Source: an uncultured Bacilli bacterium
Lineage (GTDB): Bacteria; Bacillota_I; Bacilli_A; RF39; UBA660
Direction of reading: 5' to 3'
DNA length: 64,000 nt
Assembly: GCA_934148875.1 (NCBI GenBank)
Contig: CAKPDJ010000001.1
Coordinates: 5,840-69,839, forward strand
The number at the start of each line of letters is the position of its first letter. Positions within the stretch are counted from its first letter, which is position 1. Below are positions 20,483 through 29,964 of this stretch, one piece after another. The notes beneath the pieces are model-generated. The model ran no database searches. It was not told the DNA's origin and saw nothing but the letters and a program-made list of their open reading frames with translations. A program made the translations under genes and the position numbers.

Positions 20483-21145
20483 TTACTTATTTTTATTTTT
20501 AGTTTCTATTTTTATTTTACCACCATCAAATTTATATATTACATCTGCTAGATTTTCAATATCTTCTTTTATATGACTGGCTAAAATTATTATTTTACCT
20601 TTCTTTCGTTCTTCTTTTAAGATACCACGTAATTTTACTGCTGTTTCTTCCTCTATTCCATTGAATGGTTCATCTAATATCATAACTTCAGGGTCTTCCA
20701 TTAATACTTGAGCAATTCCTAATTTTTGTTTCATTCCTAATGAATATTTACTATATTTTTTATCTTTTTCTTCATATAAATTTACTTTTCGTAATGCTTC
20801 TTCTATTTCGTGCCTACCTATTTTATTTTGAATATTTGCTAACATTTCTAGATTTTCGTAACCTGTTAATTCTTCTATAAAATTTGGTGATTCTATCAGT
20901 GCTCTGGTGTTACTAGGAATCTTTTCTTCTTTAAATATATTAGTTTCATCATATAGAACTTCACCATTAGTTGGTTCATAAAGTGCACATAATATTTTTA
21001 AAAAAACACTTTTTCCACTACCATTTCTTCCAATTAAACCATATATTTTTCCTTTTTCAAAAGTAACTGATATATTATCTAAAATTAGTATTTTTTTGAA
21101 TTCTTTTGATAAATTTTTAACCTCTATTTTCATATTATCCTCCAT
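20483..21145 (-). CDS. ABC transporter ATP-binding protein
   Basis: Walker A (GRNGSGKS), signature (YSLGMKQKLGIAQ) and Walker B (ILDEP). Confidence 0.85.
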   Translation of the reverse strand: MEDNMKIEVKNLSKEFKKILILDNISVTFEKGKIYGLIGRNGSGKSVFLKILCALYEPTNGEVLYDETNIFKEEKIPSNTRALIESPNFIEELTGYENLEMLANIQNKIGRHEIEEALRKVNLYEEKDKKYSKYSLGMKQKLGIAQVLMEDPEVMILDEPFNGIEEETAVKLRGILKEERKKGKIIILASHIKEDIENLADVIYKFDGGKIKIETKNKNK

Positions 21146-22604
21146 TTTCTATATTTTCGAAAATAATTCGTCCCTTTCTTTGAAATAAACCTATAATTAA
21201 TATAATGTTAATTAACATTACTAAAATTAAATAAATAATATTTTGAGTAATAATTGGCTTTGATAATAAAAATAACATTGGAATAAAGAAAACTAATGAT
21301 ATAGTTTTAAATTTTTCTAAACTATAACTAGTAAATAAACACATTACTGCTGTTAGTTCAATAATAGTAGTAAATATTAAATCATTTAAAAAATATTTAA
21401 ATATTAGTAATAGTGATAGTTTAGTGTTAATAGAAAAAATTATATATAGTATTGTGTATGTGATTGATTTTAATGCCATAGTTATCAAAAATACTGATAC
21501 TATTTTTATTATTATTAATTTTATTGGCTTTAATCTCAAGAACCATATTTCATTTTTTAGTTGGGTATCTCTTAATATGATTTTAAATGATATATAAGTA
21601 TATGTAAGCCAACTTATTAAAGAAATTAATAATTTTGGAAGTTCGTCACCATATTTATATGAAATACCTAAAATGTATGTAAATTCATCAGTTCCAAGTT
21701 TAATATTTATACCATTATAAAACCATAGTATAAGTGATACTAATAATATTATATAAATTATTATTAACCATTTTAGTTTACGGATTACTGTATTGAAACT
21801 ATGTTTTATTAGATATAAACTATTTTTGATGGTTTGCATAGTTATTTTAGTTTTTTTGTTGATTAATGTTTCAGTTATTTGTAAGATTAGCATTGATAAT
21901 AGAATATATAAAATATTTATACTTAATTCAAATGGATAAGAAGAATAATTTAATGGTAATAAAAATCTATATATTGAAAATCCAATATCAGTTATTGAGT
22001 TTATTATTAAATCACTTGGAATATTTCCATAATAGAAAATCAGTAACAATAAAGTTGCAATTAAAGTTGTGGTTACTTTTGGAGAAAAGATTTTTGACAT
22101 AGTAATTGTATATATTGAAAATATTTGTATCCATATGTAACACCTTATAAAATACCAAAGGGAATATATAATACTGGATACATTAGGTATCTTTATTGAA
22201 TAATTGAAATTGAAAATATATAGTATTAATACATATATAAATAGAAATAATAGATTGAGGATAAATATGAATGTATTACTGAAAAGGACAGTTCCTATTA
22301 TTTTTTTTGTACAATTATTTTTAGTTTTATTTCTTAGGTGATAGAATTGATTACTAGAAAATAATTGATACAAGTAAACTGTATTAAATAAATATAATAT
22401 AAAAGTTAAAAATAAATAGATGTCATTTGAAAATATTAATATCAATAGTTCATGTAATTGAGAAATATTTATGCCATATGAAATAGCACATAATCCTCCC
22501 TGAAATAGATTAAGTAGGATTAAACATATAATAATTACTTTGAATGGTATCGTCTTTTTAGTATAATTAAACATTTTTCTTTGAAATTTATATTCATCTT
22601 TCAT
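21135..22604 (-). CDS. Polytopic membrane protein, putative ABC-2-type permease
   Basis: 489 aa highly hydrophobic protein. Its 3' end overlaps the ATPase start, which suggests an operon. Confidence 0.5.
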   Translation of the reverse strand: MKDEYKFQRKMFNYTKKTIPFKVIIICLILLNLFQGGLCAISYGINISQLHELLILIFSNDIYLFLTFILYLFNTVYLYQLFSSNQFYHLRNKTKNNCTKKIIGTVLFSNTFIFILNLLFLFIYVLILYIFNFNYSIKIPNVSSIIYSLWYFIRCYIWIQIFSIYTITMSKIFSPKVTTTLIATLLLLIFYYGNIPSDLIINSITDIGFSIYRFLLPLNYSSYPFELSINILYILLSMLILQITETLINKKTKITMQTIKNSLYLIKHSFNTVIRKLKWLIIIYIILLVSLILWFYNGINIKLGTDEFTYILGISYKYGDELPKLLISLISWLTYTYISFKIILRDTQLKNEIWFLRLKPIKLIIIKIVSVFLITMALKSITYTILYIIFSINTKLSLLLIFKYFLNDLIFTTIIELTAVMCLFTSYSLEKFKTISLVFFIPMLFLLSKPIITQNIIYLILVMLINIILIIGLFQRKGRIIFENIENGG

Positions 22605-23514
22605 TTATAGTCACATACCTTTCTTTTTTATGATAAAGTATAAACATTATGAGAGAAGAAATTATAACATAAATAATTGATGTATAAATAATATATTCGA
22701 AGTGATTTATCTCTGAGCCAAATACCCATACTTCTGGTTCGGACAAAGCAATGGCGAATTCGCCCATTTTTAGGTATCTTCCAAATATTCTTCCTAAAAA
22801 AGTTACGATTGTTGTTTGGGTAAATAAATAACATAAATAAACTCCTATTATGTTAACTATAAAATTTTTTGACTTATAAAATATTAAATATGCTGTATTT
22901 ATATAGTAGATACTGTGTAGCATTAAACTAAAAATCATAGTTGAAAAATATGGTAACCATAATGATCTAGCATATTGTCTTTCACTCCAAAAAGTATCAC
23001 CCCATAACTCCATTTCACCAGGTTGATATTGAAATTTGAACTTAGAAATACAACATACAATAAAAAAAGTTATTAGTAGAAATATTGGTAAAATTAAAAT
23101 ACATTTTAATGATTTCTTATAGTGATTTAGAAAATAACGCTTATAACTTTGTCTAGTTAGCTTGTTTTTAAACATACCACTTTTAGTATCTTGATAGAAA
23201 TGCCAGATAGCTGGAACTGCAACAAAAATTATCGCAATCAAACTTAACATCTCGATTGTTGCTTCTCCTCCTACTAATATGTATATAAATAATAGTGGTG
23301 CTGGAGGAATTTTTGAACTATCTAGATTATTTTTTATACTAATACAATTGTCTGGCATTACTGTTTCTTGTTGACATTTATCATATGCTTGTTGTGTTGA
23401 TGATTTTAATTCATAATAATGTTTCATAAAATTATTTAAACCAAAAAGAAACCATATTATTAGTATTAATATTGATATAATTATTAAAATATTATTTTTT
23501 ATGAATTTTTTCAT
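22594..23514 (-). CDS. Membrane protein, function unknown
   Basis: 306 aa protein with multiple TM segments. It is the first gene of the three-gene cluster. Confidence 0.5.
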   Translation of the reverse strand: MKKFIKNNILIIISILILIIWFLFGLNNFMKHYYELKSSTQQAYDKCQQETVMPDNCISIKNNLDSSKIPPAPLLFIYILVGGEATIEMLSLIAIIFVAVPAIWHFYQDTKSGMFKNKLTRQSYKRYFLNHYKKSLKCILILPIFLLITFFIVCCISKFKFQYQPGEMELWGDTFWSERQYARSLWLPYFSTMIFSLMLHSIYYINTAYLIFYKSKNFIVNIIGVYLCYLFTQTTIVTFLGRIFGRYLKMGEFAIALSEPEVWVFGSEINHFEYIIYTSIIYVIISSLIMFILYHKKERYVTINER

Positions 23515-23726
23515 ATTTTACTCCTAAAATAATACAAGAGAGCTATGTAACTTAGTTAAATATCTAATTTAGTATTTATACTTAGTATCACTTGATTATA
23601 GCACTATATATGTATATTATAGACATTCTTTCTATATAAAGACGAAATTGATTATAAAATGTCGTTTTTTGTTGGTATGAATTTAATAATTGGTAATATT
23701 TAAAGCAAAATAACAAAATTTATAAT

Positions 23727-23753
23727 AAAAAGACAGCTTATTAGTTGTCTTTA
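23727..23753 (-). terminator. Hairpin terminator overlapping the stop of the 23751 gene
   Basis: aaagaca-gcttattagt-tgtcttt stem-loop. The A-run on the plus strand corresponds to a T-run after the hairpin on the minus strand. Confidence 0.5.
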
Positions 23754-25364
23754 TATTGTTGGAAATACTCCTTTTCCTAGAGGTAGTCCAGTTAGATACC
23801 AAAGTATGATTATAGCTATCCATACTATACTGATTATTATGCAATATGGCATAATTAATTTTAATGAATTACCAATAGTAATTGGTCTACGTTTATTAGA
23901 ATTGTATATATTCATATATCCTACAAAAATAACAAAGTATGTTAATAATGGTGTAATTCCTTTTGTCATTGAATCTGTAGCTCTTAAAATAAATTGGCTA
24001 AATTCTGGTGAAATGTTGGCTTGCATTAGTTTTGGAACTACTATTGGAGCCAGTATAGTCCATTTTGCTGTTGGAGTTGTATTAAAAATATTAATAATTG
24101 CAATTACGATAATTACTAATATAATCAAAGGAATACCACTAAATTCAAGACTATTTATTAAGTTTGCACCCCATGCTGTTATTATTGTAGCAATGTTTGT
24201 TTTTCTAAATACTGCTATAAATTGAGTAGCAAAAAATACCATTGGTATTAAAATACCCACTTCTGACATTGATTTACTAATATCCACTAATAATTCTTTA
24301 TCATTTTTAATAGTTTTAGCACCTATTCCATAGGCAATACCTGTAACTATAAAGAATAAAGATACCATGTATGTAAAACCATCTTGGAAGTATGAATTAG
24401 TTCCAAATGCTTGTCCTAAATATGTTGATTCTGTCATATCAAGAAGCATACCTGAAAAAGGTAGATTTGGAATTAGTGAATAGATAAAGAATAACAAAAA
24501 TATTACTGCCACTATACTGGCATATTTCATACCTCTTTTTTCATGTATTTCTAAGGCAAGTTTTCTTTGTTCTTCTTCTTCAACATTTTCTATTACAGAG
24601 ATCTCAGTTGTTTTTGATAAATCATTAACATCTCTATATTTTCCTAGTTTAGGAATGGTTATTTTTTCAATTATTAATGTTCCTACAATGGAAAGTATTA
24701 TTGATGATATTATTATTATTATTAAATTAGAAGATAGCGCAACATGGTAACTAGCATCTATTAAGTGTGCAGCTTGTTCAGTAGTAGATATAAGATTAAT
24801 TTCCATACTACCAACAAAAATTGTTGCTCCATATCCAAATGCTACACCACAGAAGGCTGCAATAATTCCCGCTAGTGGATTACGTTTATTTTTTAAAAAT
24901 ACTAAGGCTGAAATAGGTATAAGTATTACATAACCAATATCATTAATTAAACTAGAAATAGTAGCTAAAAATATAATTATAAAAGTTATTTTTTTATTAT
25001 CTATTTTTACTAGAACTCTTTTAATGAAGGCATCTAATAAGCCTGTTGCTTGAATTACTGCTAATCCAATTAATGAAATAAGTAATGTACTTAGTGTAGT
25101 AAAGCTCATGAAATTTTTAGCAGCATTACTAATAATATATTTTAAACCGTTAAATCCAAATAAATTTTCAACAGTCACTAAGGTTGATTCTAACTGACCA
25201 GTGGTTGGATTTAACTTAGAATATGTTGCTTGCATTTCAAAAAGAGAAAATACACCACTTAATAATGTAACTATAAATGTAAGTATTATAAAAGCTGTTA
25301 CGGGATGTAGGTAAAATTTTTTTAATTTGAGTTTATTTTTTTCTTTCATACTACATATCCTCAC
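23751..25364 (-). CDS. AbgT-family transporter (putative)
   Basis: 537 aa polytopic membrane protein. The N-terminal region (KKFYLHPVTAFIILTFIVTLLSGVF) resembles AbgT/p-aminobenzoyl-glutamate transporter-family proteins. Confidence 0.5.
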   Translation of the reverse strand: MRICSMKEKNKLKLKKFYLHPVTAFIILTFIVTLLSGVFSLFEMQATYSKLNPTTGQLESTLVTVENLFGFNGLKYIISNAAKNFMSFTTLSTLLISLIGLAVIQATGLLDAFIKRVLVKIDNKKITFIIIFLATISSLINDIGYVILIPISALVFLKNKRNPLAGIIAAFCGVAFGYGATIFVGSMEINLISTTEQAAHLIDASYHVALSSNLIIIIISSIILSIVGTLIIEKITIPKLGKYRDVNDLSKTTEISVIENVEEEEQRKLALEIHEKRGMKYASIVAVIFLLFFIYSLIPNLPFSGMLLDMTESTYLGQAFGTNSYFQDGFTYMVSLFFIVTGIAYGIGAKTIKNDKELLVDISKSMSEVGILIPMVFFATQFIAVFRKTNIATIITAWGANLINSLEFSGIPLIILVIIVIAIINIFNTTPTAKWTILAPIVVPKLMQANISPEFSQFILRATDSMTKGITPLLTYFVIFVGYMNIYNSNKRRPITIGNSLKLIMPYCIIISIVWIAIIILWYLTGLPLGKGVFPTI

Positions 25365-25548
25365 TATTTATAACTTTTTTTAGTTTGCGGTTAAATTCAA
25401 TTCTAGGTATCATAACAACTCTGCCACAATTACAGCATTCTATTTTAATATCTATACCTAGTCTAATAATTTTCCATTCATTGGCACCACATGGATGGCC
25501 TTTTTTCATTATAACTTTATCGTTTAATTTATATTCTTTATTCTCCAT
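25351..25548 (-). CDS. DUF951 family small protein (YyzM-like)
   Basis: 65 aa (KKGHPCGANEWKIIRLGIDIKIECCNCGRVVMIPR) with four Cys in a ribbon-like arrangement. Confidence 0.7.
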   Translation of the reverse strand: MENKEYKLNDKVIMKKGHPCGANEWKIIRLGIDIKIECCNCGRVVMIPRIEFNRKLKKVINSEDM

Positions 25549-26347
25549 GATGCACCTCTATTTGCGGATAAGGAATTTTTATTTTTTCTTTATCTAATGT
25601 TTCTTTTATTCTCTTTCTCATTATACGTTCTATTTCATAATGTTCCATTGAAATAGTTGGGGCGACAAATCGATATTTTACTGAAGAGGAAGCTAGTTCT
25701 TGAATTCCTAATAATTCAACCTTTCCTTTTAATTTAGGTAGTGTTTTAGTAAGTTCCTCTGCTAATAATTTTAAAACGTTTTCTACTTTATCATTATTCT
25801 CTTCATAGCTTATATCTATATCTACAATAGCTAACGAATTAGCCATACTATAATTTATTACTTCACTTATATTACGATTAGCTATTATTTTTATTTGTCC
25901 TTCATAATTTCTTATTCTAGTTGTTTTTAAGCCTAAATAAATTACTTCTCCTTTAAAGTCACCTATTGAGATTGTATCCCCTATTGCATACTGATTTTCT
26001 AAAATAATAGTAAAACCTGCTATTAAATCTTTAGCTAAATCTTGGAGAGCAAGACCTACTATTATTCCTACTATTCCTAAACCTGCTAAAAATGATGTAA
26101 CATTAATTCCATAAACAGTTAATATGGCTAGAATGAGAAAGATTATAATTAAGTATTTAGTTATACTTTTTAGTAATACCTTAAATGTTTCTGTCTTTTT
26201 ATAATTATAGCTGCTTTTCTCAAATTCTAATTGTTTTTTAGAAATTATTTTATCTATTAGTTTTTTTATAATAATATTTATAATTGTTGCTAAAATTATA
26301 TATATTATTGGTAGATATATTTGAGGTACTAAATATTTTTCAAACAT
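25538..26347 (-). CDS. Small-conductance mechanosensitive channel (MscS family)
   Basis: TM helices followed by an MscS β-domain (TISIGDFKGEVIYLGLKTTRIRNYEGQIKIIANRNI). Confidence 0.8.
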   Translation of the reverse strand: MFEKYLVPQIYLPIIYIILATIINIIIKKLIDKIISKKQLEFEKSSYNYKKTETFKVLLKSITKYLIIIFLILAILTVYGINVTSFLAGLGIVGIIVGLALQDLAKDLIAGFTIILENQYAIGDTISIGDFKGEVIYLGLKTTRIRNYEGQIKIIANRNISEVINYSMANSLAIVDIDISYEENNDKVENVLKLLAEELTKTLPKLKGKVELLGIQELASSSVKYRFVAPTISMEHYEIERIMRKRIKETLDKEKIKIPYPQIEVHHGE

Positions 26348-26356
26348 ATTTCACCA

Positions 26357-27247
26357 TTAATTATCTAGACCAATAATTTCTAAAATTCTATTTAAGTCAT
26401 TTGGATTAACAAAATGAAGTTCAATTCTATTATTTTTTATTTTTACTTTTGTACCAAACTTATCTGATAATTCCTCTTCTATAACTTTGTATTCATTGCG
26501 ATTAGTTTCATGTCTAATCTGAGTATTTTTCTTTTCATAAATATTGTCATGAGAAAGATTTTCTACTTCTCTAACACTTAAGCCATCAACTACTATTTTT
26601 TCTGCTAACTGTTTTACTTTTTCATTATCTTCTATTTTACTTAAAACACGTGCATGGCTCATTGATAATTTATTAGCCATAATCATATCTTTAACTTCTT
26701 CAGGTAATGATAATAAACCTAACATATTAGTAATGTGACTTCTACTTTTTCCTAATCGTTCTGCAAGTTTATCTTGTGTTAATGATAACTCATCTATTAG
26801 TTTCTTGTATGCAATAGCTTCTTCTAATGCATTAAGATTTTCTCTTTGTAGGTTTTCAAGTAAAGCTATTTCCATCATATCTTGGTCTGAAAAATCTCTC
26901 AAAATAGCTGGAATTGTTTCTTTTCCTGCTAAAATTGATGCTTTTACTCTACGTTCTCCTGCTATGATTTCATAACCTTTTATACTTTTTTTGGCAATAA
27001 TTGGCTGGAATACACCATGTTCTTTAATTGAATTAGCCAATTCCTGTAGAGCTGTTTCATCAAAATTTTTTCTTGGCTGGTAAGGATTACTTCTTAATTC
27101 AGATAGTGGTAATTCCACTATTTCTTCATTTGTAGATTCATCCATTATTTTTTCTTCAATTTTTTCATAGTCCATTGGTTCATTATTAAATAATTCCTCT
27201 AGGCCTCTACCTAAAGCTTTTCTTCTAGATGTCTCCATTTCGTGCAA
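26357..27247 (-). CDS. parB: Chromosome partitioning protein ParB/Spo0J
   Basis: ParB box (GRGLEELF) and an HTH (GKSRSHITNMLGLLSLP) that is Spo0J-like. It follows parA. Confidence 0.9.
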   Translation of the reverse strand: MHEMETSRRKALGRGLEELFNNEPMDYEKIEEKIMDESTNEEIVELPLSELRSNPYQPRKNFDETALQELANSIKEHGVFQPIIAKKSIKGYEIIAGERRVKASILAGKETIPAILRDFSDQDMMEIALLENLQRENLNALEEAIAYKKLIDELSLTQDKLAERLGKSRSHITNMLGLLSLPEEVKDMIMANKLSMSHARVLSKIEDNEKVKQLAEKIVVDGLSVREVENLSHDNIYEKKNTQIRHETNRNEYKVIEEELSDKFGTKVKIKNNRIELHFVNPNDLNRILEIIGLDN

Positions 27248-28013
27248 TCACTTCCTTTGCTAAATTTATATAAGCTTCTGTTGCCCTATGTTTTGGGTCA
27301 TAAGCTAATATCGGTTTCCCATGAGAAGGTGCTTCTGTTAATTTTACTAATCTTGGAATTATAGTGTTGTATACTCTTTCTTTAAAAAATCTTCTTATAT
27401 CTTCTACTACCTCTAATCCCAATAATGTTCTTGAATCAAGCATTGTTAGTAAGACACCTTCTATATCTAAATTAGGATTTAGATTTTTCTGTGCTAACAT
27501 TATTGTGTTTAATAATTGAGTAATTCCCTCTAATGCAAAAAATTCACATTGAACTGGTATTATAACTGAATCTGATGCTGTTAATGCATTTGTTGTAATT
27601 AATCCTAATGAAGGAGGACAGTCAATTATAATATAGTTGAATAAGTCTTTAATTGGATCTAAATAAGTTTTTAATTGAGCATTTTTGGCAAATCCTTGAT
27701 TAGTTTTACTTTTTTCAATTAATTCCATATCTAGTCCCGCTAAATTAATGGTTGCTGGTAAAACATATAAATTTTTATATTTTGTTTTAATAATTGCTTC
27801 CGTTATTTCACATTTACCTGTTAATACTTCGTGAACACTGTTTGTTATATCTCCCTTGTTAATTCCTACACCTGTTGTTGTATTACCCTGTGGATCTAAA
27901 TCTATTAATAATACTTTTTTTCCTAAATATGCAAGAGATGCAGAAAGGTTGATACTTGTTGTTGTTTTGCCTACGCCACCTTTTTGATTTACTAATGAAA
28001 TTGTTTTTCCCAT
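27225..28013 (-). CDS. parA: Chromosome partitioning ATPase ParA/Soj
   Basis: Deviant Walker A (KGGVGKTTTSINL). Confidence 0.95.
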   Translation of the reverse strand: MGKTISLVNQKGGVGKTTTSINLSASLAYLGKKVLLIDLDPQGNTTTGVGINKGDITNSVHEVLTGKCEITEAIIKTKYKNLYVLPATINLAGLDMELIEKSKTNQGFAKNAQLKTYLDPIKDLFNYIIIDCPPSLGLITTNALTASDSVIIPVQCEFFALEGITQLLNTIMLAQKNLNPNLDIEGVLLTMLDSRTLLGLEVVEDIRRFFKERVYNTIIPRLVKLTEAPSHGKPILAYDPKHRATEAYINLAKEVIARNGDI

Positions 28014-28080
28014 ACTACCACCTTCTCTTTTGTACTCTTCTATTTTAACAAAAATATATAAATTATGAAATGTTTTTCGA

Positions 28081-28106
28081 AAAAAAAAGTAGAAGTTCTA
28101 CTTTTT
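28081..28106 (-). terminator. Hairpin terminator downstream of parA/upstream region of noc
   Basis: gtagaa-gt-ttctac stem flanked by an A8 run and a T5 run. Confidence 0.5.
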
Positions 28107-29142
28107 AGTTATTTTTATCTATTTTTATAACTACTTGATAGTTGTTTTCAAAGTCTAAATCTTCAGTTGTTATTTTAATTCCTTTATTTTGAATTTTAGC
28201 TATAACACTCTTGATTTCATTAACAGCATCTTCTACAGTATATATTTTTGTTGTTTTTAATAATCTGTCAATATCATTATAATTATATTCTGGTTTTGGT
28301 TCTTTAATTTCTTTGTTTTCTGTTTCAGGCTCATCATCATCAAATTCAGATAATGCTTCTATTATTTCCTTTGTGTCATCTTTAGGAGCTAGTGATAGTG
28401 GAGGAACATCATCATCTTCGATTTCGTTTGATTTATTAGTTATATCAATTGTTGGTTGTTTTGGTTCACTTACTTCTATTTTTGGACCACTTTCTTCTAC
28501 AATTGTAACGCTATCATTAGTTATTGCTGATGGTTGAGATGTTTCACCTTTTAATTCTCTAATTTCATTATCTAGTTCTCTAACTGTCATACGATTATTG
28601 ATTATTTTTCTTAACATATTAATTTGTTCTTGTGGTGTATCTAAGTTTAATAGACTTCTGGCATGGCGTTCAGAAATTTGATCTTTTAGTAGAGCCTCTT
28701 GAATTTCATCAGGTAATGATAACAATCTCATTTTATTAGCTATTGCAGCTTGAGATTTTCCCATAGTACGACCTAGTTCTTCCTGAGTCATTGAATCTAA
28801 TTCAAGAATTTTTTGATATGTTCTTGCTTCTTCTATTGCTGTTAAATCTTTTCTTTGAAGATTTTCTAAAAGGGCTACTTTTGAAGCTTCCTTGTCGTCT
28901 AAATTACGAATTATTGCAGGAATTTTAGTTAAACCTGCCATTGCTGATGCTTTATATCTTCTTTCACCGGCTATTATTTCGTATTTATCTCCTATTTTTC
29001 TGACAATAATTGGCTGAATTACTCCATGTTCTTTGATTGATGCTGATAATTCTCTTAATGCATCTTCATTAAACACTTCACGTGGTTGAAAACGGTTAGG
29101 AATAATGTCATCTAAATATAGTTCTACTACTTCTCTATCCAT
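28105..29142 (-). CDS. noc: Nucleoid occlusion protein Noc (ParB paralogue), atypical
   Basis: PNRFQPR box and a Noc-type HTH (KSQAAIANKMRLLSLP, versus B. subtilis QSTIANKLRLLKLP). It sits at the noc–soj–spo0J position. It has a short N-terminus with no amphipathic helix and a ~70 aa acidic/Pro-rich insertion before the C-terminal domain. Confidence 0.8.
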   Translation of the reverse strand: MDREVVELYLDDIIPNRFQPREVFNEDALRELSASIKEHGVIQPIIVRKIGDKYEIIAGERRYKASAMAGLTKIPAIIRNLDDKEASKVALLENLQRKDLTAIEEARTYQKILELDSMTQEELGRTMGKSQAAIANKMRLLSLPDEIQEALLKDQISERHARSLLNLDTPQEQINMLRKIINNRMTVRELDNEIRELKGETSQPSAITNDSVTIVEESGPKIEVSEPKQPTIDITNKSNEIEDDDVPPLSLAPKDDTKEIIEALSEFDDDEPETENKEIKEPKPEYNYNDIDRLLKTTKIYTVEDAVNEIKSVIAKIQNKGIKITTEDLDFENNYQVVIKIDKNN

Positions 29143-29213
29143 ATATATACCCTCTTTTCATTCTTTCTACTCTTTTATTCTAGGTATATTATATCATATT
29201 TTTGATTTCATAC

Positions 29214-29247
29214 AAGAAAAAAAGCCAAATTTAGATACTTTTGGCTA
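29214..29247 (-). terminator. Hairpin terminator after rsmG
   Basis: agccaaa-tttagatactt-tttggct stem-loop. A T-run follows it on the minus strand. Confidence 0.55.
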
Positions 29248-29265
29248 TATTTTATGTTATTATTA

Positions 29266-29964
29266 TTAATTTTTTTTAATTTTTTCCATTCTTCTAGGGT
29301 AAATTTTATTGGTTTTATTTTCTTTGATAATTAACACTATATTTCTAATACTATCTTCAATTGGCAAATAAAATGTTTCTATTTTTTTTATTTTACTATC
29401 TAATTTTTTTAATATTTCCATACTATTTTCGATTTCTTCTTCAATATTTGCTTTCATTGAAATAAAGAAGCCATTTACTTTTACCATTGGAATACATAAT
29501 TCTGATAACACTTTTAGATTAGCTACTGCTCGTGCTGTTACTATGTCAAATTTTTCACGATTTTCTTTGGCATAATCTTCTGCTCTAGTATGAATTGCTT
29601 CTATATCTTTTAGTTCTAAGTCTTTTATAATTTCATTTAAATAATTTACTCTTTTTTGAAGAGAATCTAGTAAAGTTATTTTTAGATTAGGAAAACAGAT
29701 TTTTAAAACGATTCCTGGAAATCCAGCACCACTACCAACATCACATAAAGTTAAGTCTTGATTCAAATCTATTACTTTACTAATTGTTAGGCTATCATAG
29801 AAATGTTTTAAATATACGTCTTCTTTTTCTGTTATTCTAGTTAGATTCATTTTTTGATTCCATGATATTAATAATTCGTAGAATTCAGCTAATTTTTCTA
29901 GTTGTTGACTGGTTAATGTTATACCTAATTTTTTTGTTTCTTCTATAAATAAATCTAAACTCAT
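29266..29964 (-). CDS. rsmG: 16S rRNA (guanine527-N7)-methyltransferase RsmG
   Basis: SAM-binding motif (LCDVGSGAGFPG) in a 232 aa protein downstream of mnmG. Confidence 0.9.
   Translation of the reverse strand: MSLDLFIEETKKLGITLTSQQLEKLAEFYELLISWNQKMNLTRITEKEDVYLKHFYDSLTISKVIDLNQDLTLCDVGSGAGFPGIVLKICFPNLKITLLDSLQKRVNYLNEIIKDLELKDIEAIHTRAEDYAKENREKFDIVTARAVANLKVLSELCIPMVKVNGFFISMKANIEEEIENSMEILKKLDSKIKKIETFYLPIEDSIRNIVLIIKENKTNKIYPRRMEKIKKN

Noticed and set aside
23515-23750. A 236-bp intergenic region upstream of the membrane/ABC cluster as a possible small-peptide (bacteriocin) gene
   Set aside because: No ORF with an RBS was found. It contains only promoter-like AT-rich sequence and the terminator of the neighbouring gene.
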